Positions 10,867 through 21,723 of a stretch of DNA of 64,000 bases are shown one piece after another. The notes below the pieces were generated by a model. That model was not told the DNA's origin, did not search any database, and saw nothing but the letters and a program-made list of their open reading frames with translations. Origin of the DNA: Wigglesworthia glossinidia (GTDB lineage Bacteria; Pseudomonadota; Gammaproteobacteria; Enterobacterales; Enterobacteriaceae); contig JAVBJL010000004.1 of NCBI GenBank assembly GCA_030827005.1, positions 7,559-71,558 of the forward strand, in the 5' to 3' direction. The stretch's first letter is position 1. Each line of letters opens with the position of its first letter. A program made the position numbers and the translations under genes.

Positions 10867-10898
10867 AATAAATTATACTAAAATTGCATTTCTTATGT

Positions 10899-11678
10899 TT
10901 AATAATTAATTAAAATATCATTGATGTATCTAAAAATTTCTTCAATAATTTTTTTAGAAAATTCTTGAAAATTAGATAATATAATATTTAAAAATAATAA
11001 TCCAATTATCAAAGAAAAAGAAAAGCCAACGACAAATACTGAAAATTGCGGAGTAAACCTATTTAAAATTCCAAATAATATATTTAGAATTAATAAAGCA
11101 GTTATTGAAGGTATAGCTAGTAACAAGCCGTAATTAAATATTATACCGGCGCAATTAGTAATAGAAAAAAGTACATCATAATCAATATTAAAATTCATAT
11201 TTATCGGAATGAATTGTAAACTTGTAAAAATTATATGAAATATTAATAAATGAGAATTAAATGATAAAAAAACTAACACGAAAATTACATATAAAAACTT
11301 TGAAATTATAGGTGCATTAGGACCTCCGATTTGATCAAAAAATACAGCAAAAGACAAACCCATCTGTAATCCAATTAATTCTCCAGCAAATTTAACACTA
11401 CAAAAAGCAAATTGTAAAATTAATCCAATAATAAATCCAATAACGATTTGTAGAACCAAAAGGTATAATCCTTCGAAGGAAAAAATTTTAATTTTAATTA
11501 ATGGAAATTGATAAGAAAAAAATAAAGACAACAAAACTGAAATGCCAATTTTAATTTTTTTTTGTATGATGTTATCATTAAATAATGGAGCACTAATAAA
11601 TAGTCCATGTATACGTGCTAAATACCAAATATTTTGATTAATCAAATCAAATAAAAAATTTATTGGAATATCAATCAT
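10899..11678 (-). CDS. fliR: Export gate protein FliR
   Basis: Hydrophobic; AGELIGLQMGLSFAVFFD; GILNRFTPQFSVFVVGF. Confidence 0.97.
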   Translation of the reverse strand: MIDIPINFLFDLINQNIWYLARIHGLFISAPLFNDNIIQKKIKIGISVLLSLFFSYQFPLIKIKIFSFEGLYLLVLQIVIGFIIGLILQFAFCSVKFAGELIGLQMGLSFAVFFDQIGGPNAPIISKFLYVIFVLVFLSFNSHLLIFHIIFTSLQFIPINMNFNIDYDVLFSITNCAGIIFNYGLLLAIPSITALLILNILFGILNRFTPQFSVFVVGFSFSLIIGLLFLNIILSNFQEFSKKIIEEIFRYINDILINY

Positions 11679-11686
11679 TTATGAAT

Positions 11687-11956
11687 TTATCCTGATAGGT
11701 ACGGTATTTGTTGAAACAAATTAATCATATATTCGAGAAACGTTCTCAATATCCAAGATCCAAAAATTAAAATTGTTGCCAATACTGCTAATATTTTAGG
11801 AATAAATGATAGCGTCATTTCATTAATTTGAGTAGAAGCTTGCAATATGCTAATTAATAGTCCAGTAATCATTGCAGCAAATAACGGTAAAAAAGAAATT
11901 TTTAAAGCAATTTTAATTGCATTGACTCCAATTAATATTAATGTTTCTGATGTCAT
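11687..11956 (-). CDS. fliQ: Export gate protein FliQ (start refined to MTSET, 89 aa)
   Basis: GLLISILQASTQINEMTLSFIPKI; ATG at 11956 lies after the fliP stop. Confidence 0.96.
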   Translation of the reverse strand: MTSETLILIGVNAIKIALKISFLPLFAAMITGLLISILQASTQINEMTLSFIPKILAVLATILIFGSWILRTFLEYMINLFQQIPYLSG

Positions 11957-11970
11957 AATTTTTATTTTTT

Positions 11971-12777
11971 TTAATTTATCTGAAAACTTTTTACTAACGA
12001 TCCTAATAAGATTTGCCATCCATCTGCCATAACAAATAGCATTAATTTAAATGGGAGAGATACTGTTGTTGGAGGTAGCATCATCATTCCTAGTGCCATT
12101 AAAATACTTGCAACAACAATGTCGATAATTAAAAAAGGAACGAATAAAGTAAATCCGATTTGAAAAGCAGTCTTTAATTCACTTGTAATAAAAGAAGGTA
12201 ATAAAATTTTCATGGGAACTTTGCTATTATCTTCTATATCAGTTTTACTGATTTTAGAATAAAAAGCTAAGTCTATTTCTCTAGTTTGAGATAACATAAA
12301 CTTTTTAATAGGTATTTCTGAATAAGAAATTGCATTTTCTAATGTAATCTTATTTTGTAAAAATGGCTGATATGCATTATTATAAATTTGTTCTACTATT
12401 GGAGACATAATAAAAAAAGTTAAACATAAAGATAATCCTATTAAAATTTGATTTGGAGGAATAGTGGGCGTTCCAAGAGCATTTCTAAGAATACTTAACA
12501 CGATAATAATTCGAGTAAATCCGGACATTAATAAAATTATTGCAGGAATAAAAGTCAAAAAAGTTAAAAAAATTAGTGTTTGTAATGGAAGAGAAAGTTT
12601 TAAATTCTCTAAACCTGATGCGACATTATTCACGTCATCTATAGCAGAGTATGATTTATGAAATAAAAAAAACACTATATATGTTGAAATAAAAATTGTT
12701 TTTTTTAAAAAACGTTGTATATAAAATATTAGTTTTTTAAGAACTATTACTTTCTTATTTTTATTTCGTTGTTGCAT
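11971..12777 (-). CDS. fliP: Export gate protein FliP (start uncertain, ATG 12777 chosen)
   Basis: [18 protein letters not shown]; [12 protein letters not shown]; [13 protein letters not shown]. Confidence 0.97.
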   Translation of the reverse strand: MQQRNKNKKVIVLKKLIFYIQRFLKKTIFISTYIVFFLFHKSYSAIDDVNNVASGLENLKLSLPLQTLIFLTFLTFIPAIILLMSGFTRIIIVLSILRNALGTPTIPPNQILIGLSLCLTFFIMSPIVEQIYNNAYQPFLQNKITLENAISYSEIPIKKFMLSQTREIDLAFYSKISKTDIEDNSKVPMKILLPSFITSELKTAFQIGFTLFVPFLIIDIVVASILMALGMMMLPPTTVSLPFKLMLFVMADGWQILLGSLVKSFQIN

Positions 12778-13102
12778 TATGATCCTTAAATATTTTAGAT
12801 TTAGTATGTAATTTGATATTATTTTTTTTATTAGATATAGTATACAAATAATTAATACAATTTGGTGTAACTCCAACTACGATGCATTTTTTATCTATTT
12901 GTAGAATAATAATTCTTTCGCGATTTCCTAAAGATATGCTATTTTTTATTTTAATGTAAGGATGCTTATTGTTATATGTTTTTATTAATCCAAAATAATC
13001 GCATAATTTAAACATTGCAAATATTAACAGTATAATAGAGCTCAATGTAGCAGTGATTTTTAATAAATCGGAAAAATTTGAAAAAAAAATATATTGATTC
13101 AT
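12761..13102 (-). CDS. fliO: FliO
   Basis: One transmembrane helix plus [23 protein letters not shown]; synteny. Confidence 0.88.
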   Translation of the reverse strand: MNQYIFFSNFSDLLKITATLSSIILLIFAMFKLCDYFGLIKTYNNKHPYIKIKNSISLGNRERIIILQIDKKCIVVGVTPNCINYLYTISNKKNNIKLHTKSKIFKDHNATTK

Positions 13103-13527
13103 CTGTTTAACCGACGCATACGATCCTCCGGAGTGATAATATCTGAAATACGAATCCCATATCTTTCTTGCATAACTACTACTTCTCCTCGAGCAATAAG
13201 ATAGTCATTAATTAAAATATCTAAAGGCTCTCCAATAGAGCCATCTAGAGTTACAATAGAGTCTTTTTTTAAACATAACAAATCTCTGATGCTCATTTTT
13301 GTTCTTCCGAGTTCAATAGTCATTTTTATTGGAATGTCTAAAATTAAATTAAGATTATCTTCTAAATTGTTATTATCATCTTTTTTAATATCTTTTTTTA
13401 AATTTTCATTATGATCGGATTCTATTATTGGATTTGTTTGTTGATCTAAAATATTTTTTTTTATTTTTGGTTGTTTATCATCTATTTTTGTATTATCGAT
13501 CTTTGATTCTTCATTTATACTATTCAT
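13099..13527 (-). CDS. fliN: C-ring protein FliN
   Basis: LILDIPIKMTIELGRTKM; GEPLDILINDYLIARGEVVV; [10 protein letters not shown]. Confidence 0.98.
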   Translation of the reverse strand: MNSINEESKIDNTKIDDKQPKIKKNILDQQTNPIIESDHNENLKKDIKKDDNNNLEDNLNLILDIPIKMTIELGRTKMSIRDLLCLKKDSIVTLDGSIGEPLDILINDYLIARGEVVVMQERYGIRISDIITPEDRMRRLNR

Positions 13528-14491
13528 TATGAGATACTTCCTTTTTTTTTAATTCATTAATAGATGAACTAATTGTATTATCAACTTTTAATGCATAATG
13601 CCCGTTTAAACTTCCATAGTAACCAGAAAATACAGGTACGCAATCAACGTATGCCGTTAATTTTTCTGAACAAGAAATAGGAATAATTTTTCCTTTTTTT
13701 AAATTTATTAAATTTGAAATAGATATTGATATTTCTGAAAATTTTACTTGAATATTTAATTCACTTGATTTTATTTCGTTTGATAATTGTCTTTTCCATT
13801 CTATTTGTTCATTTTTTAATATTTGTGATCGAGATTTTTTGTAAAAAACGTTGGGAATTTCTAATGATGATTCTGAAAAAATAATGAAAAAATCATTTTG
13901 TATATCATTAAATATTAGTTTAAATGAAGAAACTAATACATCTTCTTCATTATCAAATTCAATAGTTTGAATACATGTATCCGAATTAATCAGTTTCATA
14001 TCTATAAAATGATTGTTAATATCCCAAGATTTTTTATATGATTGCATCATCAATATCACTAAATTTTGAATTGTACGATTTTCTGATATAGTAAATTTTT
14101 TATTTTTTTTTAAAAATTTATTATTTCCTGGACCTCCAAAAAAAATTTCTAAAATAGTGGAAACTAGGATGGAATTTAAAAAAAAGAAAATATTTGTCTT
14201 CAATGCATCTGAAAATATTACATTTATACTAATTAATTGATTATTTATTGATTTTATAAATTTATTATATTTCTGTGTAGTAGTTGCATTAAAAAGAACA
14301 TCTACTGGTTTATTTAGATAATTTATTAATGCATTTTTAAAATGCCCGGAAAATTTTTGATGAATTTTTTGTATAATTTCTATTTTTTTTTGATTTTTTT
14401 TATCTGATTTATTTATATTAAGCGAAAAATTTTCATTAAAGTTTAAAAAATTATTTTTGTTTTTATTAATATTAATTTTTTGATCAGACAT
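13520..14491 (-). CDS. fliM: C-ring protein FliM (diverged, no LSQxEID motif)
   Basis: Lies between fliL and fliN; FFGGPG; SpoA-like C-terminus (GYYGSLNGHYALKV). Confidence 0.9.
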   Translation of the reverse strand: MSDQKININKNKNNFLNFNENFSLNINKSDKKNQKKIEIIQKIHQKFSGHFKNALINYLNKPVDVLFNATTTQKYNKFIKSINNQLISINVIFSDALKTNIFFFLNSILVSTILEIFFGGPGNNKFLKKNKKFTISENRTIQNLVILMMQSYKKSWDINNHFIDMKLINSDTCIQTIEFDNEEDVLVSSFKLIFNDIQNDFFIIFSESSLEIPNVFYKKSRSQILKNEQIEWKRQLSNEIKSSELNIQVKFSEISISISNLINLKKGKIIPISCSEKLTAYVDCVPVFSGYYGSLNGHYALKVDNTISSSINELKKKEVSHNE

Positions 14492-14498
14492 ATTTTAA

Positions 14499-14996
14499 TT
14501 ACCTTATAATAAACGAATTAAAAAAAACATCGTTAACTATTGGATCTTGATTGTCAGAAGATTGCTTATTAAGTTCTTTTTTAATTTCTTTTAATAAATT
14601 ATTCTTCCCTTCTGAAGAAGATAGAGATGATGGGGTTTGTTGTGATAATAATAAAATTAATTGATTGCGTAATTCTGGTAGTTTACTGTCTAATAATTCC
14701 TTAATAGATTCATTTTTTAATTTAAGTGTTAGTCCGATATATAACATGCTTCCGTATTCACCATCTTCTGGCTGCAAACTAACGGTAAACGCGTCTAAAG
14801 GAAAATATATTTGAGAGGCGAGATTTTCTATTGGAGTATTATCTATAGTTTGAGAAATAATAGGAACTTCTTTTTTATTTTTTATCCATGGTTGAAAGTA
14901 TATTATACCTCCAGCAAGTGCAATGATTATTCCAATAAGAATCATCAAGAATATTGGATTTTTAAAAAAGTTAAATTTTGTATTTGACACGTTCAT
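14499..14996 (-). CDS. fliL: FliL
   Basis: N-terminal transmembrane helix; PLDAFTVSL; LPELRNQLILLLSQQ; DVFFNSFIIR. Confidence 0.95.
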   Translation of the reverse strand: MNVSNTKFNFFKNPIFLMILIGIIIALAGGIIYFQPWIKNKKEVPIISQTIDNTPIENLASQIYFPLDAFTVSLQPEDGEYGSMLYIGLTLKLKNESIKELLDSKLPELRNQLILLLSQQTPSSLSSSEGKNNLLKEIKKELNKQSSDNQDPIVNDVFFNSFIIR

Positions 14997-15038
14997 TGTC
15001 CTATATTTAATAATATGATAAATTTCATAATATTTAAG

Positions 15039-16316
15039 TTAAGCATAAATATCTATTGTTTTTTGATACTTATTATCTAAAATATACTGTATTTCTTTTT
15101 TATATACATCGTATTTTGTTATTGAATTTAAATTTAAATATTCTTTTTTATTTCTTTTTTTTTCTTTCATAAAATTATTTTTTTTTTCATTTGAACTATT
15201 TTGTTTTTGATATTCTATATTATTGTAGATATTATCTGCTCTTTGATAAGATATATCTTTTGTTAGATTATTGCTAATAATTGCACTATCTAAAAAAATT
15301 CCATTTTCTAACAATGATTGACGTAATTCTTCTAAAGAAGATTTTAAAATATTTCTTATTTCTAGATTATCAGAAGATATATGTAATTTAATTTTGCTTT
15401 CGTAAGATTTTAATATTATATTAATAGGTCCAAGCTGCTTTGGACGTATTGCAAATTCTAAATGAAACACTCCATCTTGCTTAAAACAAATAATTTTTTC
15501 TTTTAATACAGTTGCCAATGATTTTGAGTCAGGAAAATTATTTGTGTTTGTTATTTCAATAAATTTTAAGTTTTCTTCGATCAAAGAAAATTTATTTTTA
15601 TAGATATTTTCTAAGTTAGATAAGTTATGAATATTTTGATCGATATTCTGATGTTTTTTTAAATCATTTTGATGAAAAATAAAATTTTCAAAATTAAATT
15701 TAGATTTAATTTGATTTTTTAGTATATTGCAAGATGTTTTTATACTTTCAATATTTGACGTATTTAATTCATAAGGATGTTCTTTAAAAGAATTTTTATT
15801 TAAAAAAAATATTTTATTTTGATTTTTTTGATCATTAAAATCTTGATCAATAAACAAATCAAAGTTTTCTTTTGATAATTTTTTTATATTTAAATTAAAA
15901 TTATCTAAATTTATATCTTGTATAAATATTAAGTAATTTTGATATACAATAAGTGTATTTGGAAATGAATTTTCTAATTTATTCTGATTTTTTATTTTAT
16001 TAAAATTTTTTATCAATTTATTATGAGTATCAAAATAAAATATATCGTTTATATTATTAAATAATGTATCAAAATTATTTATTATATTATTTTTTTTATA
16101 AATATTTATTTCATCAAATTTTGAATCTTCTAAAATATTTTTATCTATTTCAGAAGTTTTTTTATTAGTGATCAGATCAGTAGGTTGATCAGAATTATTT
16201 TGATTAAAAAAATTTTTCAAAATTTTTTTAAATTCTAATTCTGTTATCAAAGTTGGAATAGCATGAATAGTTTCTTGGGGAATATTATGCTGTTTATTTT
16301 CATGTAAATATATCAC
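15039..16316 (-). CDS. fliK: Hook-length control protein FliK (GTG start)
   Basis: Low-complexity N-terminus; C-terminal IRPKQLGPI, LEELRQSLLENGI.L and IDIYA; AGGAG upstream of the GTG. Confidence 0.88.
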   Translation of the reverse strand: MIYLHENKQHNIPQETIHAIPTLITELEFKKILKNFFNQNNSDQPTDLITNKKTSEIDKNILEDSKFDEINIYKKNNIINNFDTLFNNINDIFYFDTHNKLIKNFNKIKNQNKLENSFPNTLIVYQNYLIFIQDINLDNFNLNIKKLSKENFDLFIDQDFNDQKNQNKIFFLNKNSFKEHPYELNTSNIESIKTSCNILKNQIKSKFNFENFIFHQNDLKKHQNIDQNIHNLSNLENIYKNKFSLIEENLKFIEITNTNNFPDSKSLATVLKEKIICFKQDGVFHLEFAIRPKQLGPINIILKSYESKIKLHISSDNLEIRNILKSSLEELRQSLLENGIFLDSAIISNNLTKDISYQRADNIYNNIEYQKQNSSNEKKNNFMKEKKRNKKEYLNLNSITKYDVYKKEIQYILDNKYQKTIDIYA

Positions 16317-16322
16317 AAGATA

Positions 16323-16758
16323 CTATGCTCCTTTTATATACCTTCTTAAATATAATTCGTCTATTTGTTTTTGCAATGTTTTATCTTCAAAAGTTTTAAT
16401 TATCATATTACGACGTGTTTCTAGAATTTTAAATGCATTTAATTTGTCTTTTTTTTTTCCAATTATTTTTTGCTATATTAACTTTTAATTTATAACTATT
16501 AATCTGCTTATTATGTTCGGAAATTACATCGCATAAGCATATAAGAAACGTTTGATAGTTATTCCATATTTCTATATTTAAACCGTATTTTATCATACTT
16601 TCTTGTAAATTACGTCGGTACTCAGTTTCATAAAATATAAGAATATTTAATTTTTTTACTAATTTTATATATATATCATTAGTTTTTTTTAATTGTAAAC
16701 ATGCTTCTTGAAAATCAATTTTTGCATGTATTTTTAGTACTTTAAAAGTTAATTTCAT
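16323..16758 (-). pseudogene. fliJ: fliJ split by a one-base frameshift in an A10 tract; removing one A gives a 144-aa FliJ (possibly rescued by slippage)
   Basis: The 109-aa ORF ends WKKKRQIKCI*. The shifted frame continues KLNAFKILETRRNMIIKTFEDKTLQKQIDELYLRRYIKGA* to TAG at 16323, matching the FliJ C-terminus. Confidence 0.88.
16449..16458 (-). repeat. A10 homopolymer at the fliJ frameshift
   Basis: Plus strand T10 at 16449-16458. Confidence 0.95.
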
Positions 16759-16787
16759 AATTATAATTTTTAATTTATTTTAGTTTT

Positions 16788-18149
16788 TTAAGAAAATAAT
16801 TCCTTTAATTTTTGATAAGATTCTTCATACGAACATTTATTTTCTACATTTTGTTTTAAATATTTCATTAATTTTGGATAATTTATTATTGCTTGATCTA
16901 ATATGGGATCGTTTCCCGAAACATAAGCACCTACTGAAAGTAAATCTTTATTTTTTTGATAACTTGATATCCATTGTTTTATTTGTTGTATATGAGAAAA
17001 ATGTGATTTGTTTACTAAATTTGGCATAGTTCTGCTAATAGAAGTTTCAATTTCTATAGATGGATAGTGTCCTGATTCTGAAAGTTGTCTGGAAAGCACA
17101 ATATGACCATCTAAAATTGCTCTTGCAGCATCTGCAATAGGATCTTGTTGATCGTCTCCTTCTATTAAAACAGTATAAAAAGCTGTAATAGATCCATGAT
17201 TATGTGTTCCATTTCCAGTTTTTTCTACTAATTCGGATAATTTCGCAAAAACAGAGGGGGGATATCCTTTAGTTGTAGGAGGCTCTCCAATAGCTAATCC
17301 GATTTCGCGTTGTGCCATGGCATATCGTGTTAAGGAATCCATAATTAGTAAGACGTGTTTTCCTTGATTTCTAAAATCTTCTGCAATACGCGTCGCATAA
17401 ACTGCTCCTTGTATACGTAACATTGGTGAAATGTCGGCAGGAGCTGCAATTACTACAGATCTAGAAAGACCGTCTTTCTTTAAAATGTTATCAATAAAAT
17501 CTTTAACTTCGCGACCTCTTTCTCCAATTAATCCGACGACTATAATATCCGCTTGAGTATATCTTGCCATCATGCCAAGTAGCATACTTTTTCCAACACC
17601 AGATCCTGCAAATAACCCCATTCTTTGTCCTCTACCTACAGTAAGGAGTCCATTAATCGCTCTTACGCCAACATCTAAAATTTTTGTAATAGGATCACGT
17701 AGTAGGGGGTTAATAGGGTTAGTATATAAAGATTCTTTTCGCAATATTTTTGGTGGAGCTAATCCGTCTAAAAATTGACCGGAACTGTTCAAAACTCTTC
17801 CTAGTAATTCTTTTCCTAATGGAAGAAGTCGTGTAGAAATTTTTCCGTTGATCAATTCCGGCGAATATACTTTGGCTCCTGGAAATATTCCTTCTACATT
17901 TTCTAAAGGAATTAAAAATAAATTTTTTTCTTTAAAGCCTACTACTTCACATTCTATTTGAATAATAGATTTATCGGAATATTTTTCAATAATACATGTT
18001 GATCCAATAGGTAGTTGTAATCCAGTTACTTCCATAATTATACCGGTAGCACGAATTAATTTGCCGTATTGGTAGTAATCAGGAAGATTTGAAATTAAAT
18101 TTTCTTGATTATTGATTTTATCGATCCATCTTTTTAATTGTAATGTCAT
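16788..18149 (-). CDS. fliI: Flagellar export ATPase FliI
   Basis: Walker [10 protein letters not shown]; [10 protein letters not shown]; [13 protein letters not shown]. Confidence 0.99.
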   Translation of the reverse strand: MTLQLKRWIDKINNQENLISNLPDYYQYGKLIRATGIIMEVTGLQLPIGSTCIIEKYSDKSIIQIECEVVGFKEKNLFLIPLENVEGIFPGAKVYSPELINGKISTRLLPLGKELLGRVLNSSGQFLDGLAPPKILRKESLYTNPINPLLRDPITKILDVGVRAINGLLTVGRGQRMGLFAGSGVGKSMLLGMMARYTQADIIVVGLIGERGREVKDFIDNILKKDGLSRSVVIAAPADISPMLRIQGAVYATRIAEDFRNQGKHVLLIMDSLTRYAMAQREIGLAIGEPPTTKGYPPSVFAKLSELVEKTGNGTHNHGSITAFYTVLIEGDDQQDPIADAARAILDGHIVLSRQLSESGHYPSIEIETSISRTMPNLVNKSHFSHIQQIKQWISSYQKNKDLLSVGAYVSGNDPILDQAIINYPKLMKYLKQNVENKCSYEESYQKLKELFS

Positions 18150-18820
18150 TGAATATTATCTTTTTTTAATGTTTGACAGATATGATTCCATTTTGATTCT
18201 AGTGTTGCATCAATTTCTCCGTCTTCAGAAAGAATACGAAAACCTCCGCGTAACAGTTGTCCGTCCCCTAAAATACGCCATCCTTGATTTTTAAATGTAT
18301 CTCCAAGATATTCTTGTAATAAATTTAAATCATCTGGATGTACATAAAGACGTAGATCTTCTCCTAAAAAATTTTTTTCATGTAATAATTTTTGAATATC
18401 TTTTATGAGCATTTTAGTATTGCATACAGGCGATGTTTTTATTATTTTTTCTGATATTTGTAGTGCAATTTGTATTATACGCGATGGAATTACTGCGTCT
18501 AATCCTAATATACTAGATTTTAATTCTTTAATTAAATTATCTATTTTTATTTTTTTTTCAATTTGTTGATTATTAAATTGTAATAATCCTTCTCTTTTTC
18601 CTTCTTCTAACCCTTTTAAATATCCAGAATTTTTTCCCGATTTATACCCGGATTCAAATCCTTTTTTTTGTGCTTCAATCGTTTTTTTTTCTATTACCTT
18701 TTCGAGGTTTTCCTGATTATCATTTAATATGCTTTTTTGATTTTCTTTTATGTTATTAGGAGTAGCAAAATCTTGTACTAACCATTTTGTCCAATCAGAT
18801 TGTTTATAATGTTCAGACAT
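18146..18820 (-). CDS. fliH: FliH (start refined to MSEH, overlapping the fliG stop)
   Basis: GxxxG repeats; LYVHPDDL; GG(F)[12 protein letters not shown]. Confidence 0.95.
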   Translation of the reverse strand: MSEHYKQSDWTKWLVQDFATPNNIKENQKSILNDNQENLEKVIEKKTIEAQKKGFESGYKSGKNSGYLKGLEEGKREGLLQFNNQQIEKKIKIDNLIKELKSSILGLDAVIPSRIIQIALQISEKIIKTSPVCNTKMLIKDIQKLLHEKNFLGEDLRLYVHPDDLNLLQEYLGDTFKNQGWRILGDGQLLRGGFRILSEDGEIDATLESKWNHICQTLKKDNIQ

Positions 18821-19799
18821 AATTTTCTCCGTCTTGATCAAGCGTTATTTCGTCTGCATCTGATAAACGTCTAATAATGTCTAATATTTTTTTTCTTTCA
18901 GATTCTACTTTAGATAGTTTTATTGGTTTACTTAAATTTAAATCCTCTTGTAAGATTTCTGCTTGACGTTTAGACATATTATTTAATATTTTATCTACTA
19001 ATTCTTTTTTACAGCCTTTTAAAGCAATAATAAGCGAGTCGTTTTCTACTTCTCGTAATATACGTTGTAAATTTTGATCATCTAAATTTTGTAAATCATC
19101 AAAAATAAACATTTTTTTAATTATTTTTTCTGTCAATTTTTGATCTAATTCTTTCATTGATTGAATTGTTTTGTCTTGATCGGATTGCATATAATTTAAA
19201 ATTTCTGCTGCTGGTTTAATACCCCCTTGAGCACTTAAATATGATTTGTGGTTTTGAATTAAATCATTTAATGTAAATGTTAATTCTTTAATTGCTAAAG
19301 GTGTTAATGTAGATAAATTAGCAATTTTTATTAAAATATCTCGACGTAAATTGTCAGTAAATTTTGATAAAATATCAGCTGCTATATTTCTTTTTAATAA
19401 AGATATTGTTACTGTAATCATTTGAGGGTGCTCATCTTTAATAATAGAAAAAATTTTTTCTGGATTCATAGTGTTTAAAGTTTCAATTCCCTTACAAAAT
19501 TGAGAATTTTTAACATTAAATTCATCCAATAATAAGAGTGCTTGTTCTTTTCCTAGAGCGCTACTTAATGTTGTTTTTAAATAATCATAACATTCTTTTT
19601 CTGGGCTAATTAATGTTTGAGCATCATTATGAAATATTTCTAAAACTTCTTTTAAATCTGATTTTGAATAAATACCTAAATTAATTATATTTTTACTAAT
19701 TATTTCTATTTCTTGTTTATTTAAATGTTTAAAAATTGACGTTGCTATTTCTTCTCCGAGAGCCAACATGATAATTGCGCTACTTTTATTTAGATTCAT
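18813..19799 (-). CDS. fliG: Rotor protein FliG
   Basis: EHPQ motif; GGIKPAAEILN; MFIF; charged C-terminal ridge. Confidence 0.98.
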   Translation of the reverse strand: MNLNKSSAIIMLALGEEIATSIFKHLNKQEIEIISKNIINLGIYSKSDLKEVLEIFHNDAQTLISPEKECYDYLKTTLSSALGKEQALLLLDEFNVKNSQFCKGIETLNTMNPEKIFSIIKDEHPQMITVTISLLKRNIAADILSKFTDNLRRDILIKIANLSTLTPLAIKELTFTLNDLIQNHKSYLSAQGGIKPAAEILNYMQSDQDKTIQSMKELDQKLTEKIIKKMFIFDDLQNLDDQNLQRILREVENDSLIIALKGCKKELVDKILNNMSKRQAEILQEDLNLSKPIKLSKVESERKKILDIIRRLSDADEITLDQDGENYV

Positions 19800-21478
19800 G
19801 ATGTTTGTTTTTCTTTTTCAATCCATTGACTTAGAATTTTAGCTACTAATTTTGGTTGTTTAGTTGCAATTTCTTTTAGATCTTTAATTTTATTTTCTAT
19901 TAAAATATTATCATTTTCTATATTTTTTTGATTTTTTAATTGTGTATCTTGATCTTCTGAAATAAGATTATTATCTTTTTGAAGACTTGTTTGTTTTATT
20001 ATATCTTGTTGAGTTTTTTGTTGATTTTTCCATATTTTTATAAATTTATTCCAAATAAACCAGATTAAAATGAAAGATATTACGTATTTGATCATACTTA
20101 TAATTATATTTTGTATATGTATGTTTTCCCAAAAATAAATATGCGATACTTCTTCTTGATTATCAGCAAAATTTATATTTACGATATCTAACGTATCTCC
20201 TCTATTTTCTGAAAATCCCATAGTTTCTCGTACCAAAGAATTTATATCTCTCATTTCTTGATCATTTAGTTTTATTTGATTCCCGTCAATATTACGATTG
20301 TTTATAACTACAGCAACAGATAATTTTTTTAATATTCCAGGAGAAAATTGATTATGTGTAATTGTACGATCTATTTCGTAATTAATAATTTTTTCATTTT
20401 GTATATTGCTAGATTTTTCAGTGTTATTTGATATATTTTCTAAGTTTTCAGATGAAGATGGTTTAGATTGTATATTTTCATTTGTAGGCAAAATATCTGT
20501 AGAAGCTACTTGTGCTGGTTGGTTGCTTAAAGCACCTGGAACACCCTCCGGGATATTACCAAAATTTTTATTTTCTGTAATTTGTTGACTTCTAATTGTC
20601 ATTTCTTCGGGATTAGTATTTGGTTTATGTTGTTCTAAAGTTTGTTCTATTTTAGTAAAATCCATTTGTGCAGTCACTTCGGCACGAATATTGTTTATCC
20701 CTACTATTGGAATTAAAATGTCTTCAATTCTTCTACGATATTCTGATTCAATTTCACGAGTGTATTTCAATTGTGTGCTATTATTATTTTCTTTATTTTC
20801 TATTTGAGTAAGTAGTTTACCGTGATTATCGACTAAAACAATATTGCTCGCTGGTAAATTAGGAGTAGTTCCTGATACCAACCAGGTGATTGCTTGAATT
20901 TGACTATTATCAAGTATTCTTCCTGGATGTAATGTAAGAGTAATGGATGCTCTTGCTGGTTGCTTGTCTTTTATAAAAACAGAATTTTTTGGAATAGCAA
21001 TATGTACGCGTGCAGATTTTATAGGATTTAATATCTCTATTGTGCGTGCAATTTCTCCTTCTAGTGCACGTTGGTAGTTAATTTGTTCATTAAATTGACT
21101 TATTCCAAAACTAGAAGAATCTAGGATCTCAAATCCTACTGAACCTCCTTTTGGTAAATTTTTTTGTGCAAGTAGCAATCTTGTTTTATATATTTGATCA
21201 GCTGGAATCATAATAGATCCATTTGTATTTGAAAACTTATATGGAATATTTGCGGAAGATAGTTCGGATATAATTGCTCCTCCATCTTGATCACTAACGT
21301 TGCTATATAATATTTGATATTCTGGGGTTTTCATCCACATAATTAATACTGCTATTAATGTAGCTCCAAAAATTCCAGATATTAGAAAAAGATATTTTGG
21401 ATTGCTAAAAATTTTTTTAAAAAAATCAGATAAATACTCATTTGATCTGCTTTTCATGCTTTCAGAAAAAACATCCAT
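19796..21478 (-). CDS. fliF: MS-ring protein FliF
   Basis: GFEILDSSSFGISQFNEQINYQRALEGEIARTI; ARVHIAIPK; two transmembrane helices. Confidence 0.98.
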   Translation of the reverse strand: MDVFSESMKSRSNEYLSDFFKKIFSNPKYLFLISGIFGATLIAVLIMWMKTPEYQILYSNVSDQDGGAIISELSSANIPYKFSNTNGSIMIPADQIYKTRLLLAQKNLPKGGSVGFEILDSSSFGISQFNEQINYQRALEGEIARTIEILNPIKSARVHIAIPKNSVFIKDKQPARASITLTLHPGRILDNSQIQAITWLVSGTTPNLPASNIVLVDNHGKLLTQIENKENNNSTQLKYTREIESEYRRRIEDILIPIVGINNIRAEVTAQMDFTKIEQTLEQHKPNTNPEEMTIRSQQITENKNFGNIPEGVPGALSNQPAQVASTDILPTNENIQSKPSSSENLENISNNTEKSSNIQNEKIINYEIDRTITHNQFSPGILKKLSVAVVINNRNIDGNQIKLNDQEMRDINSLVRETMGFSENRGDTLDIVNINFADNQEEVSHIYFWENIHIQNIIISMIKYVISFILIWFIWNKFIKIWKNQQKTQQDIIKQTSLQKDNNLISEDQDTQLKNQKNIENDNILIENKIKDLKEIATKQPKLVAKILSQWIEKEKQTS

Positions 21479-21723
21479 TCAGTGTTCCTAAGATTAAATT
21501 CATTTAATTTAAAAAATTTTGCTAAAGATGAAGTCTTATATTTTTTACTTTTAATTAACATTAATAGTTTTACATATAAAAAATCTATTGAAAGGAAAAT
21601 AAAGCAGTTTTTTTAACCTTAATTTTTTGAATTTGAATGCAGTTTAATAAGTTAATATTACTTATTGAATTAACATTTTAACAAAATAAAAATTTTAACA
21701 TATTGTAACGGAGTGAATTTGCA

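Noticed and set aside
10867-10898. flgL converging directly on fliR, forming one flagellar supercluster
   Set aside because: It differs from E. coli but, as I recall, resembles the single-cluster layout of Yersinia/Pectobacterium-type enterobacteria, so it is probably ancestral
21646-21666. AATAAGT-N7-ACTTATT inverted repeat between fliF and fliE
   Set aside because: The spacer is shorter than FlhDC sites and the sequence is nearly all A/T, so it is compatible with chance
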